This document shows, piece by piece, positions 8,448-18,550 of a stretch of 26,390 nt of DNA. Under the pieces are notes generated by a model. That model saw only the letters and a list, made by a program, of their open reading frames with translations. It was not told the origin of the DNA and ran no database searches. This DNA is from Deinococcus radiodurans R1 = ATCC 13939 = DSM 20539 (GTDB lineage: Bacteria; Deinococcota; Deinococci; Deinococcales; Deinococcaceae): contig NC_001263.1 of the NCBI RefSeq assembly GCF_000008565.1, forward strand, positions 1,308,027 through 1,334,416, given 5' to 3'. How positions within the stretch are numbered: the stretch's first letter is position 1; the number at the start of each line of letters is the position of its first letter. Both the position numbers and the translations under genes were made by a program.

Positions 8448-8996
8448 ATGTATCGCCCACGCCGCCGCTCGTCTACCCCTGCCTCGGAAGGAGAAGCCGA
8501 GCCCCGGCCCCGCCGCCCCAAGACCCGCGAGGAGCAGCGCGAGGCTTTGCTCGCCTACGCCTTCCGGGCGCTGGGGGCACGGGCCATCACCGAGGCCGAG
8601 CTGCGCGGCAAACTCGAACGGCGCTCGGAAGACCCCGAACTGGTCGAGGAAGTGCTGCGGCGAGTGCAGGAGCTCGGCTACCAGAACGACGCCGAGGTCG
8701 CCCGCGCCGAAAACAAGCGCCGGGGCGTGGGCGAACTGCGCGTCCGGCAAACCCTGCGCCGCCGGGGGCTGGGCGCCGACCTCATTGAGGAAACCTTGCA
8801 GGCCCGCGACCCCGAGGAGGAGCAGCAGCAGGCCATCGACCTCCTCACCAAACGCTGGCCCGCGCTGAGTCGCAAGCGTGACCCCCGCGCCAGTGCCTAC
8901 GCTTTTCTCGCCCGGCGTGGCTTCGGGGGCAGCGTCATCTGGCCCGCCATCCGCGAAGTCGCCGAGCTTTTTCCGCCGGACGAAGCCGAGGAGTAA
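8448..8996 (+). CDS. recX: RecA regulator RecX
   Basis: Three-helix-repeat RecX signature: [27 protein letters not shown]...[17 protein letters not shown]...[12 protein letters not shown]. The ORF opens with TTG 8382. I prefer ATG 8448, which has CATACT 7 nt upstream and no SD (possibly leaderless). The start is uncertain. Confidence 0.85.
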   Translation: MYRPRRRSSTPASEGEAEPRPRRPKTREEQREALLAYAFRALGARAITEAELRGKLERRSEDPELVEEVLRRVQELGYQNDAEVARAENKRRGVGELRVRQTLRRRGLGADLIEETLQARDPEEEQQQAIDLLTKRWPALSRKRDPRASAYAFLARRGFGGSVIWPAIREVAELFPPDEAEE

Positions 8997-9016
8997 GGGC
9001 AGGGGCGCACCCCGCG

Positions 9017-9045
9017 TTGACCCCGCTCGTCCGCTGCGCTACCAT
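9017..9045 (+). promoter_or_regulatory. Putative sigma-70-type promoter for tRNA-Leu
   Basis: TTGACC (9017-9022), a 17-nt spacer, then TACCAT (9040-9045), about 37 nt upstream of the tRNA 5' end. Motif match only. Confidence 0.3.
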
Positions 9046-9081
9046 CCGCTACGCTGCCGGTGGGCAGTGCAAGACTTCCGT

Positions 9082-9164
<83 letters not shown>

Positions 9165-9204
9165 GCAGGCTCCTCGTCCCAGACGGGGAGTTTCCTTTTG
9201 CATG

Positions 9205-9249
9205 AAAAAACTGGAGCGGTGACTGCCGAGTGGCGGGTCACTGCTCCAG
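9205..9249 (-). terminator. Intrinsic terminator of map
   Basis: 13-bp inverted repeat CTGGAGCGGTGAC (9211-9223) / GTCACTGCTCCAG (9237-9249) with one mismatch. It is followed on the minus strand by TTTTTT (plus-strand A6 at 9205-9210). Confidence 0.7.
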
Positions 9250-9263
9250 CTTGTGTCCTGGCC

Positions 9264-10025
9264 TTATAGCGTCAGGATGTCGTAGCCCTTCGGCGTCACG
9301 ACCAGCGTGTGCTCGAACTGGGCGCTGGGCTTTTTGTCCGCCGTAATGACCGTCCAGCCGTCGGCGAGCAGGCGCGTTTCGGGCGTGCCGAGGTTGATCA
9401 TCGGTTCGATGGTAAAGACCATGCCGGGCTGCAATTTCAGGCCGGTGTGGTGCACGCCCCAGTGGTAGATGGTGGGGTCTTCGTGCAGGCGCTTGCCGAT
9501 GCCGTGCCCGGTGTACTCGCGCACCACGCCGTAGCCGCGCGACTCGGCGAGGCTCTGGATGGCGTGGCCGATGTCGCCGGTCTTGGCACCGGGGCGCACC
9601 TCGTCGAGTCCGGCCTGCAAGCACGCGCGGGTGGTGTCCACCAGGGCCCGCACCTCGTCGCTCACCTGCCCGACGGTATAGGTCGTGCAGGCGTCGCCGT
9701 AATACCCGTCGAGCAGCACGCCGATGTCCATGCCCAGAATGTCGCCGTCTCGCAGCTCGCGGTCATCGGGGATCCCGTGGCAAATGACCTCGTTCACACT
9801 GGCGCAGATGGTGCCGGGAAAGGGGTTATTGCGCGGGCCATAGCCCAGGTAAGCGGGCTTGGCCCCCTTGCCGCGAATGAATTCCTCGGCCCGCCGGTCG
9901 AGTTCTTTGAGCGTCACGCCCGGCTGGACGTACGGTTCAAGCACCCGGAATGTCTCGGCCACCAGACCCCCGGCGCGGCGCATGGTTTCGATTTCACGGG
10001 CGGACTTCAGCGGAATACGGCTCAT
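9264..10025 (-). CDS. map: Type I methionine aminopeptidase
   Basis: Pita-bread fold motifs: VICHGIP, DIGVLLDGYYGD, GHGIGKRLHEDP, FTIEPMI. The ORF opens at GTG 10043, and ATG 10025 (MSRIPLKS...) is the alternative. I cannot decide between them from sequence. Confidence 0.92.
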   Translation of the reverse strand: MSRIPLKSAREIETMRRAGGLVAETFRVLEPYVQPGVTLKELDRRAEEFIRGKGAKPAYLGYGPRNNPFPGTICASVNEVICHGIPDDRELRDGDILGMDIGVLLDGYYGDACTTYTVGQVSDEVRALVDTTRACLQAGLDEVRPGAKTGDIGHAIQSLAESRGYGVVREYTGHGIGKRLHEDPTIYHWGVHHTGLKLQPGMVFTIEPMINLGTPETRLLADGWTVITADKKPSAQFEHTLVVTPKGYDILTL

Positions 10026-10107
10026 AACATCCGAGCCTAACACGCCCCCGGCGGCCCAAAAGCCACCTGCCGACAGTTACAAGAGACGGTGATGAAGCGA
10101 GGAAGCC

Positions 10108-10350
10108 TCAGCGCACCCGCACCGACTTGCTCGCCGGCTGTTTGCGCAGCCAGCTCACGAACCGCTGCACGTCGGCATTGTCGAGCAGGGCGTCAATGCT
10201 GGCGTATTCGCCCGCCAGCTCGGCATTGGTAAACGTCTTGTGGAGGAACTTGTGGCAGGCCGGGCACAGCGGCACCGTCGGCAGCTCGTGAATCGGCACG
10301 CCCCGGCGTCGTCCCTGAGACTTGGGAATCAGGTGATGCTCGGTCAGCAC
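10108..10350 (-). CDS. Small HNH-family nuclease-like protein, apparently N-terminally truncated or frameshifted
   Basis: 80-aa ORF from GTG 10350 carrying EHHLIPKS and a CPACHKFLH zinc knuckle. The expected first CxxC (CALC, 10377-10366) is in frame upstream but lies after a TGA (10389-10387) with no start codon. See the corresponding finding. Confidence 0.65.
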   Translation of the reverse strand: MLTEHHLIPKSQGRRRGVPIHELPTVPLCPACHKFLHKTFTNAELAGEYASIDALLDNADVQRFVSWLRKQPASKSVRVR

Positions 10351-10445
10351 CGGCGTCTCGCGTTCGCACAGGGCGCACGTGCCGGCTCACTCGGAGGAGG
10401 CGGCCAGTTGGAAGGGGGCAGGCGGCGGGCCATAAGTGTGAGAGG

Positions 10446-11474
10446 TCAGGCGGTCAGCACGCGAATGGCCTGGTCGAGCGCGTCGTCGTCCACCTGATGG
10501 TGCAGCACGAAGCGCACCGAGTCGTGCCCCAGCGCACTGGCGAGCACGCCCTGTTCGGCCCAGGCAGCGGCGCGGCGCTCGGCCTCGGGCAGCCGGGCAT
10601 AGATGATGTTGGTCTGCACGGCGGCGAGGTCCACGTCGTAGCCCGCTTCGACCAGGGCGCGGGCCAATCGCCGGGTCCGCAAGTGGTCGTCGGCCAGTCG
10701 CGCCGGACCTTCGCGCAGGGCCACCCGCGCCGCCGCCGCCAGAATTCCGGCCTGCCGCATCCCGCCGCCGAGCATCTTGCGGTAGCGGTGCGCCTGCCGA
10801 ATCGCCTGCGCCGAGCCGAGCAGCACGCTGCCCACCGGGGCGCCGAGCCCCTTGCTCAGGCACACGCTCACGGTGTCGAAGCAGCGCGTGATTTCGCGCA
10901 CGTCCACGCCCAGCTTCACGGCGGCGTTGAAGACCCGCGCTCCGTCGAGGTGCAGAGGCAGTCCCTCGGCGTCGGCCACTGCCCGCATCTGCCGCAGCAC
11001 CGCCAGCGGAATCACCGTGCCCCCGGCCTTGTTGTGGGTGTTTTCCAGGCTGATCAGGCCGGTGGGTGACTGGTGGACGCTGCGGCGGACCGCCAGCCGC
11101 ACGTCCTCGGGACTCGGCACGCCCAGCGGCGCGGGCACGAAGCGCGGGACCACGCCGGAAAAGGCCGCCATCATCCCCAGTTCCCACTCGTAGATGTGGC
11201 TGCCCTCGGCGCAGATGACTTCCTCGCCCCGGCGGGTGTGCACGGCAATCGCCACCTGGTTCGTCATGCTGCCCGACGGCATGAACAGCCCCGCCTCAAA
11301 GCCGGTCAGGTGCGCGAGTTCGTTTTGCAGGGCGTTGACGTTGGGGTCTTCGCCGTACACGTCGTCGCCCACCTCGGCGGTCGCCATCGCCTCACGCATG
11401 GCGGGAGTGGGCTTGGTGACGGTATCGGAGCGCAGGTCGGCGATCAGCGGCGGGCGGGTCATGGCGCACACCAT
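10446..11474 (-). CDS. ltaE: Low-specificity L-threonine aldolase (PLP-dependent, beta-eliminating lyase family)
   Basis: 342 aa. [43 protein letters not shown] and the PLP-lysine motif [14 protein letters not shown]. Alternative ATG at 11462. Confidence 0.87.
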   Translation of the reverse strand: MVCAMTRPPLIADLRSDTVTKPTPAMREAMATAEVGDDVYGEDPNVNALQNELAHLTGFEAGLFMPSGSMTNQVAIAVHTRRGEEVICAEGSHIYEWELGMMAAFSGVVPRFVPAPLGVPSPEDVRLAVRRSVHQSPTGLISLENTHNKAGGTVIPLAVLRQMRAVADAEGLPLHLDGARVFNAAVKLGVDVREITRCFDTVSVCLSKGLGAPVGSVLLGSAQAIRQAHRYRKMLGGGMRQAGILAAAARVALREGPARLADDHLRTRRLARALVEAGYDVDLAAVQTNIIYARLPEAERRAAAWAEQGVLASALGHDSVRFVLHHQVDDDALDQAIRVLTA

Positions 11475-11711
11475 AGCGGGCAGGGAAGGCCAGAATGGAA
11501 AAAAGACTCACCTAGCACACGTCCCGCACCTCTGGCAAGAACCGTGACCTCCATAACGGTCCAGTTAAGGTCAGGCTTGGATGGTGTTTACTTTGCACTC
11601 AAACAAATGTCCGGGCTGCGGGCCAAACTGCTTCTCGTCGGGAACGAAAACCCGGTCCCAACAGTCCTTCCCGCTTCCCAGCGGGGCACCCCATTTCCCG
11701 GAGGAAATACC

Positions 11712-12536
11712 ATGACGCAAGCCAGCCTGATTCGCCTGTCCGAACTGAACAACGACGCCCAGTACAACCTCAACGACACCTCGATGTACAACCCCGTCGG
11801 CGCCGCCGCTTACGGCGTGAACGGCGACAAGATCGGCACCGTGCGTGACGCCCTGGTCGAGCCCGAAACTGGTCGCATCCGCTACTTCCTCGTGGACGTG
11901 GGCGGCTGGTTCAGCAGCAAGGAAGTCCTGGTGCCCGTGGGCTATGGCCGTGTGGACGACAGCGGTGTGTACTTCGACAGCCTGACCAAGGACCAGGTCA
12001 AGGACATGAGCGAGTACCGCGCCGACCAGGCTTACAGCAGCGAAATGATGGACACCGACGAGCGCGTCCTGCGCGGCAACCAGAGCCAGGAAGAGTACCA
12101 CCAGCGTGCCTACCAGACCCCTGATCGCCTCCAGCTGCTCGAAGAGCGCCTGGTCGTGAACAAGGATCGCTTCAAGGCCGGCAGCGTCCAGATCGGCAAG
12201 CGCATCGAAACCCGTCAGGAAACCGTCTCGGTGCCCCTGCAGCGTGAAGAAGTCGTCATCGAGCGTCACGCCGTCACCGATGGCCGCGCCGTCGAAGGCG
12301 CCGTGCTGGGCGAAGGCCACCAGACCATGAGCGTGGACCTCGAAGCCGAGCGTGCCAACATCAGCAAGCAGGCCTACGTGACCGAAGAAGTCAGCGTCGG
12401 CAAGCGTGCCGTCACCGAAACCCAGCAGGTCACCGAAACCGTGGGCCGCGAAGTGCTCGACGTCAACCAGACCGGCGACGTCCGCACCACCGAAGGCACC
12501 GCCCTGACCGACGACACCACCAAGCGCAACATCTGA
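11712..12536 (+). CDS. PRC-barrel domain plus DUF2382 (YsnF/AvaK-like) stress-associated protein
   Basis: Internal ATG of ORF 11073..12536 with GGAGGA 6 nt upstream. The N-terminal PRC-barrel-like segment is [39 protein letters not shown]. The C-terminal DUF2382 repeats are [47 protein letters not shown] and [27 protein letters not shown]. Confidence 0.8.
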   Translation: MTQASLIRLSELNNDAQYNLNDTSMYNPVGAAAYGVNGDKIGTVRDALVEPETGRIRYFLVDVGGWFSSKEVLVPVGYGRVDDSGVYFDSLTKDQVKDMSEYRADQAYSSEMMDTDERVLRGNQSQEEYHQRAYQTPDRLQLLEERLVVNKDRFKAGSVQIGKRIETRQETVSVPLQREEVVIERHAVTDGRAVEGAVLGEGHQTMSVDLEAERANISKQAYVTEEVSVGKRAVTETQQVTETVGREVLDVNQTGDVRTTEGTALTDDTTKRNI

Positions 12537-12553
12537 GTCAGGCCCTGAGCCTG

Positions 12554-12578
12554 GGCGGGGGGAACCCCGCCTTTTTTT
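12554..12578 (+). terminator. Intrinsic terminator after the PRC-barrel/DUF2382 gene
   Basis: GGCGGGG-ggaa-CCCCGCC followed by TTTTTTT. Confidence 0.85.
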
Positions 12579-12619
12579 GATCTCTGCCCCGCCTCACTTT
12601 TCCTTTCTGGGAGGAAGTT

Positions 12620-13252
12620 ATGACCCGTCGAGACAATGAAGAACGCGTGCTGCACGCGGCCACCGATACCGAGCAGTCCCAGGTCACTGATCTGCGCCAG
12701 AACGTGAGTGCCACGCCCCTGACAGACGCCGAGGTGGGCCGCCTGCAACTGCTTGAAGAGCGCGCCACCGTGCAGGTCGAGCGTCAGGGCATCGGCCAGG
12801 TCCAAGTCCGCAAAGTCGTGCGCGAGCGGCAGGAAATGGTCCCAGTGACGCTCACCACTGAAGTTCTCGAAATCGTGGTGACGCCCGCTGCTCAGGGAAC
12901 GGGCGCTCAGAACGTGGGCGATACGCAAACGGCTGCGGCCTCTGCTGCTGGGACCACTGGCAACGGCGGCGTCAGTCAGGTGCTGATTGACGGCAAGCCG
13001 CTCGAAGCCGGGCAGACCTACGAAATCCCGCTGACCGAGGAGCGCGTGCAGGTCATGCGTCAGGTCGTGCCGCTGAGCGAGGTCGTCGTGCGCCGTCAGG
13101 CCCAGGCCACCACCCACGAAGAAACCGTGACCCTGCGCCGCGAAGAACTTGAGGTGCTCGACGAGCAGGGTTTGGCACGCATCGTGGACGAGGGCGCCGC
13201 TGAAGGCACCGTGACCGGTGTGAACACCACGGGCACCGACCAACGGCGCTGA
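12620..13252 (+). CDS. DUF2382 (YsnF/AvaK-like) domain protein, paralog of the upstream gene's C-terminal half
   Basis: 210 aa with GGGAGGA 4 nt upstream of the ATG. LQLLEERATVQVERQGIGQVQVRKVVRERQEMVPV and IPLTEERVQVMRQVVPLSEVVVRRQAQATTHEETVTLRREELEV match the DUF2382 pattern. Confidence 0.75.
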   Translation: MTRRDNEERVLHAATDTEQSQVTDLRQNVSATPLTDAEVGRLQLLEERATVQVERQGIGQVQVRKVVRERQEMVPVTLTTEVLEIVVTPAAQGTGAQNVGDTQTAAASAAGTTGNGGVSQVLIDGKPLEAGQTYEIPLTEERVQVMRQVVPLSEVVVRRQAQATTHEETVTLRREELEVLDEQGLARIVDEGAAEGTVTGVNTTGTDQRR

Positions 13253-13287
13253 GGCCGAGTTTCTCAACCGCAACCAAAACGCAGAGT

Positions 13288-13326
13288 GGGGCATCTTCCA
13301 GACCCGGAATGTGCCTCGCTCTTTTG
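13288..13326 (+). terminator. Probable intrinsic terminator after the second DUF2382 gene
   Basis: 12-bp stem GGGGCATCTTCC (13288-13299) / GGAATGTGCCTC (13306-13317) with one mismatch and two G-U pairs, and loop AGACCC. It is followed by GCTCTTTTG. Confidence 0.5.
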
Positions 13327-13431
13327 CTGTTGCGCGGGTCTTTCGTCGGCGAGGCAGCTCCAAAACGGATGGAAAGCGAGGCCACTGCCGAAGTTACCGG
13401 CAAGCGGGGGCCCGCCGTATAAGCTGTACTC

Positions 13432-14994
<1,563 letters not shown>

Positions 14995-15070
14995 GCGACG
15001 CTCGCCGAGTCTAAGGGTGCGTTGCTCACGTTCTCATGCACGCTCCCTGGCGGCTTTCGACAATGGCGCC

Positions 15071-15253
15071 ATGAAAAAAGCTGTCCTCGCCGTTCCTGCC
15101 CTGCTGCTCGCCCTGTCGCTCTCCGGTTGCCAGAAGCAGGCCGACAGCAACACCTCGACTTCCACCACCACGACCAAGAGCACCGACTCCACCGGTCAGA
15201 ACACTGGCACGACCACGACCAGCACGACGACCACCGACACCAACAACAAGTAA
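15071..15253 (+). CDS. 60-aa Thr/Ser-rich mini-lipoprotein (hypothetical)
   Basis: MKKAVLAVPALLLALSLSGC is a textbook lipoprotein signal with lipobox LSGC. The 40-residue mature part is 24/40 Thr+Ser by my count. A hairpin/T-run terminator lies downstream. This is an internal ATG of ORF 15017..15253. Confidence 0.5.
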   Translation: MKKAVLAVPALLLALSLSGCQKQADSNTSTSTTTTKSTDSTGQNTGTTTTSTTTTDTNNK

Positions 15254-15277
15254 GTCAGGCGTTTTTCAGTGCTGTAG

Positions 15278-15302
15278 GCCCCGGCCCCGGCTGGGGCGTT
15301 TT
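15278..15302 (+). terminator. Intrinsic terminator after the mini-lipoprotein gene
   Basis: GCCCCGGC-cccg-GCTGGGGC (one G-U pair) followed by GTTTTG. Confidence 0.6.
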
Positions 15303-15417
15303 GCTGCCTTGTCGCTGCTTGTCTGTCACTCAGCCCTGCCACTGGCCCCGTAACGTTTGGTCCTCTGACGTTCCCAGAGAAGCGGCGAGCAGTAGACTGA
15401 AGCTGCATTTCGCAACG

Positions 15418-15445
15418 TTGATAGGCTTTGACTCAGTTCAAGAAT
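15418..15445 (+). promoter_or_regulatory. Putative promoter of the acyl-CoA dehydrogenase gene
   Basis: TTGATA (15418-15423), a 16-nt spacer, then AAGAAT (15440-15445), about 42 nt upstream of ATG 15488. Motif match only. Confidence 0.3.
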
Positions 15446-15487
15446 TTTCCCGCTGCTCCCGCCGTGGAGTGGCCGACAGGAGCCGAC

Positions 15488-16624
<1,137 letters not shown>

Positions 16625-16646
16625 CTCCCAGCAGCGCAAAAGGAAA

Positions 16647-16678
16647 GGGACGGGCCTCTACGGGGTGCCCGCCCTTTT
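16647..16678. terminator. Bidirectional intrinsic terminator between convergent genes
   Basis: GGGACGGGC...GCCCGCCC stem followed by TTTT on the plus strand. On the minus strand the same stem is followed by TTTCCTTTT. Confidence 0.65.
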
Positions 16679-16684
16679 CGTCGG

Positions 16685-17236
16685 TCAGCAGCCCACGCGG
16701 AGTTGTGCCCAGGGCGTCCCGATCAGCGTGCGGAACTCCTGAAGGAGGGCGCCCGCTTCCTGCTTCGTCATCGGGAACTTGTTGAGTTGCCGAATGACCC
16801 GGCCCTGGTCGTCGAAGTACACGCGCATTTCGGCGGTCTGGGCCCTACTTTTGACACCCCGGTCGGTGATGCTGCCGTCCTTGTTGACCTGAATGTCGTA
16901 CTTGTATTCGGTGTTCTGGTAAAGCACGAAATCGGGGCGGCCCGCCGCATCGAACCAGACCGAGGTCAGGGCGGTCATGCCGCCGGGCGTATCTTCGAAC
17001 GTGACCTCGCTGCGCAGCCGCCGCGTCTTTCCGTTCCTGTCGAGCCAGCGGTCGTAGCTGCCGGTGCTGTCGCCGCAGCCCTGACTGTCGCGGTGTTGCC
17101 GCCGGTAGTGTCCGGCCTCAATTTGGGCATTGACCGCCGCATAATTGGCGCGAATCTGCGTGATGGCTGGCGTCGGCGCGAGGGCACCCGCAGCAGGAAG
17201 CACAAAAGCGAGGAAGCCGGAAGTCAGGAGTGGCAT
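16685..17236 (-). CDS. Hypothetical secreted protein (no family recognised)
   Basis: Internal ATG 17236 gives MPLLTSGFLAFVLPAAGALA, a signal peptide. The 17 codons upstream in ORF 16685..17287 are Arg-rich and unlikely to be coding. Confidence 0.5.
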   Translation of the reverse strand: MPLLTSGFLAFVLPAAGALAPTPAITQIRANYAAVNAQIEAGHYRRQHRDSQGCGDSTGSYDRWLDRNGKTRRLRSEVTFEDTPGGMTALTSVWFDAAGRPDFVLYQNTEYKYDIQVNKDGSITDRGVKSRAQTAEMRVYFDDQGRVIRQLNKFPMTKQEAGALLQEFRTLIGTPWAQLRVGC

Positions 17237-17285
17237 GTTCCATTGTCGCCCGCGTTGCCGTGTCTTTGGGTGACAGTCAGCCCAC

Positions 17286-17323
17286 AAAAATGAGCCCGCG
17301 CCCCGACAGAGGCGACAGGCTCA
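17286..17323 (-). terminator. Intrinsic terminator after the 17337..17858 gene
   Basis: The minus-strand transcript reads TGAGCC...(inner CGCC/GGCG)...GGCTCA followed by TTTTT (plus-strand A5 at 17286-17290). Confidence 0.6.
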
Positions 17324-17336
17324 GTAGTGTTGGGTT

Positions 17337-17858
17337 TTACTTGAACTTGACCGTCGCCAGCATCTTGCTGAACAGGTCGCTCGCCGCCGCGTACCGGGGC
17401 GCGGTGTCGGTGAGCTGGAAGGAGAAGAGGTTCTTGGCGTTGTCGCCGAACCAGACGCGCAGCCGGACATCGCTGCCGCCGCCGCTGAGCTGGTACTCGC
17501 GCTCTAGGCCCTTGACGCCGCCGTAAGTCGCGTCCTTGCTGCTCAGGCGCTTGACGGTCAGCTTGGTGCTTTTCAGGTCGGCCTCGTAGTTGTCGGCCTC
17601 GGTGCTCAGGTTGACCTTCTCGCCATTGTCTTTCTCGGCAAACAGCAGCCGAATCATGGTCGCGGGCTTGGTCTTGGCCGACACCATGCTCAGGCCCACG
17701 GCGCCGTCGCCGAGGTCGATGCCGTACCAGTTGCTCGGCGCGCTGATGGAGAAAGGCAGCCGGGCGTCGCTGAAGGGCACGAGTTTGGTCTGGTCGGCCT
17801 GCGCCGCCGCAAGACCAAGCGCGGCGAGGGCCAGGGGAGCGAAACGGTGGAGCGTCAT
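17337..17858 (-). CDS. Hypothetical secreted protein (possibly PsbP/DcrB-like fold; weak impression only)
   Basis: Internal ATG 17858 gives MTLHRFAPLALAALGLAAAQA, a signal peptide. The upstream 95 codons of ORF 17337..18143 are Arg/Gly-rich, and most of that extension overlaps lepB. Confidence 0.55.
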   Translation of the reverse strand: MTLHRFAPLALAALGLAAAQADQTKLVPFSDARLPFSISAPSNWYGIDLGDGAVGLSMVSAKTKPATMIRLLFAEKDNGEKVNLSTEADNYEADLKSTKLTVKRLSSKDATYGGVKGLEREYQLSGGGSDVRLRVWFGDNAKNLFSFQLTDTAPRYAAASDLFSKMLATVKFK

Positions 17859-17905
17859 GGGGGGCAAGCTAGCAGCGGCAGGTGAGCCGTTTCTGATGAG
17901 GCCGT

Positions 17906-18517
17906 TCAGGACGCCGTATGCCGCGCGAGGGCCCCCGGCGCGGGCCACAGCCGCCACGCCACCGGCCCCGCCACGTCGCGCAGGTCCACCGGGCCGTAGC
18001 TGCGCGAGTCCAGGCTGGCCCCGGTGCGGCGGTTGTCGCCCATCACCCACACCTTGCCGGGCGGCACCCGGAGCGGCCCCTCGTCGTTGACGTAGCCTTC
18101 GGTGCTCGCGTAACTCTCGGCCACCTTGTGACCGTTGCGCCACAGTTCGCCGTCCCGAAAGGCGATGAGGTCGCCGGGCAGCCCGATGACCCGCTTGATG
18201 TTGTAGGGCCGGTGCCGCACGCCGTAGAGCGTTTCATAGGCGTAGGGGCTATCGGCAGGGGCCTTGAAAATCACCACGTCGCCGTGTTGGAGATAGTCAC
18301 CGCCCAGACCCCAGGCACGCAGCCAGCGCGGGTATTTCAGCAGCAGCAGCAGCTCGCGGCTGTGCAGGCTGGGCTCCATGCTCTCGCCGTCCACCCGCGC
18401 GAGCGTGAAGGCGAAAGTGGTCAGCAGATAAGCGGGCAGCAGGGCGCCCAGAATCCAGGTCCTCCAGAACTCGCGCAGGGGAGAAGGGGGTGCGGGCGGC
18501 TCAGACACGCGGGGCAT
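17906..18517 (-). CDS. lepB: Signal peptidase I
   Basis: 203 aa. An N-terminal TM is followed by the catalytic-Ser box GESMEPSL, the catalytic-Lys box IKRVIGLPGD, and GDNRRTGASLDSRSYGPV. Confidence 0.9.
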   Translation of the reverse strand: MPRVSEPPAPPSPLREFWRTWILGALLPAYLLTTFAFTLARVDGESMEPSLHSRELLLLLKYPRWLRAWGLGGDYLQHGDVVIFKAPADSPYAYETLYGVRHRPYNIKRVIGLPGDLIAFRDGELWRNGHKVAESYASTEGYVNDEGPLRVPPGKVWVMGDNRRTGASLDSRSYGPVDLRDVAGPVAWRLWPAPGALARHTAS

Positions 18518-18550
18518 GGTAGCAGGGGAAAAGTTAAGAAACGCCCCGGC

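Noticed and set aside
11632-11650. 19-bp imperfect palindrome TTCTCGTCGGGAACGAAAA upstream of the PRC-barrel gene, considered as an operator or RDRM.
   Set aside because: Only 6 of 9 positions pair, and it does not fit the RDRM half-site pattern. It is indistinguishable from chance in a 237-nt spacer.
15125-15250. The Thr-codon-rich stretch as a tandem DNA repeat or CRISPR-like array.
   Set aside because: It is only an imperfect ACC/ACG/AGC codon-level low-complexity stretch, in frame within a plausible lipoprotein ORF. There is no repeat-spacer periodicity. No CRISPR-like arrays were seen anywhere in the window.
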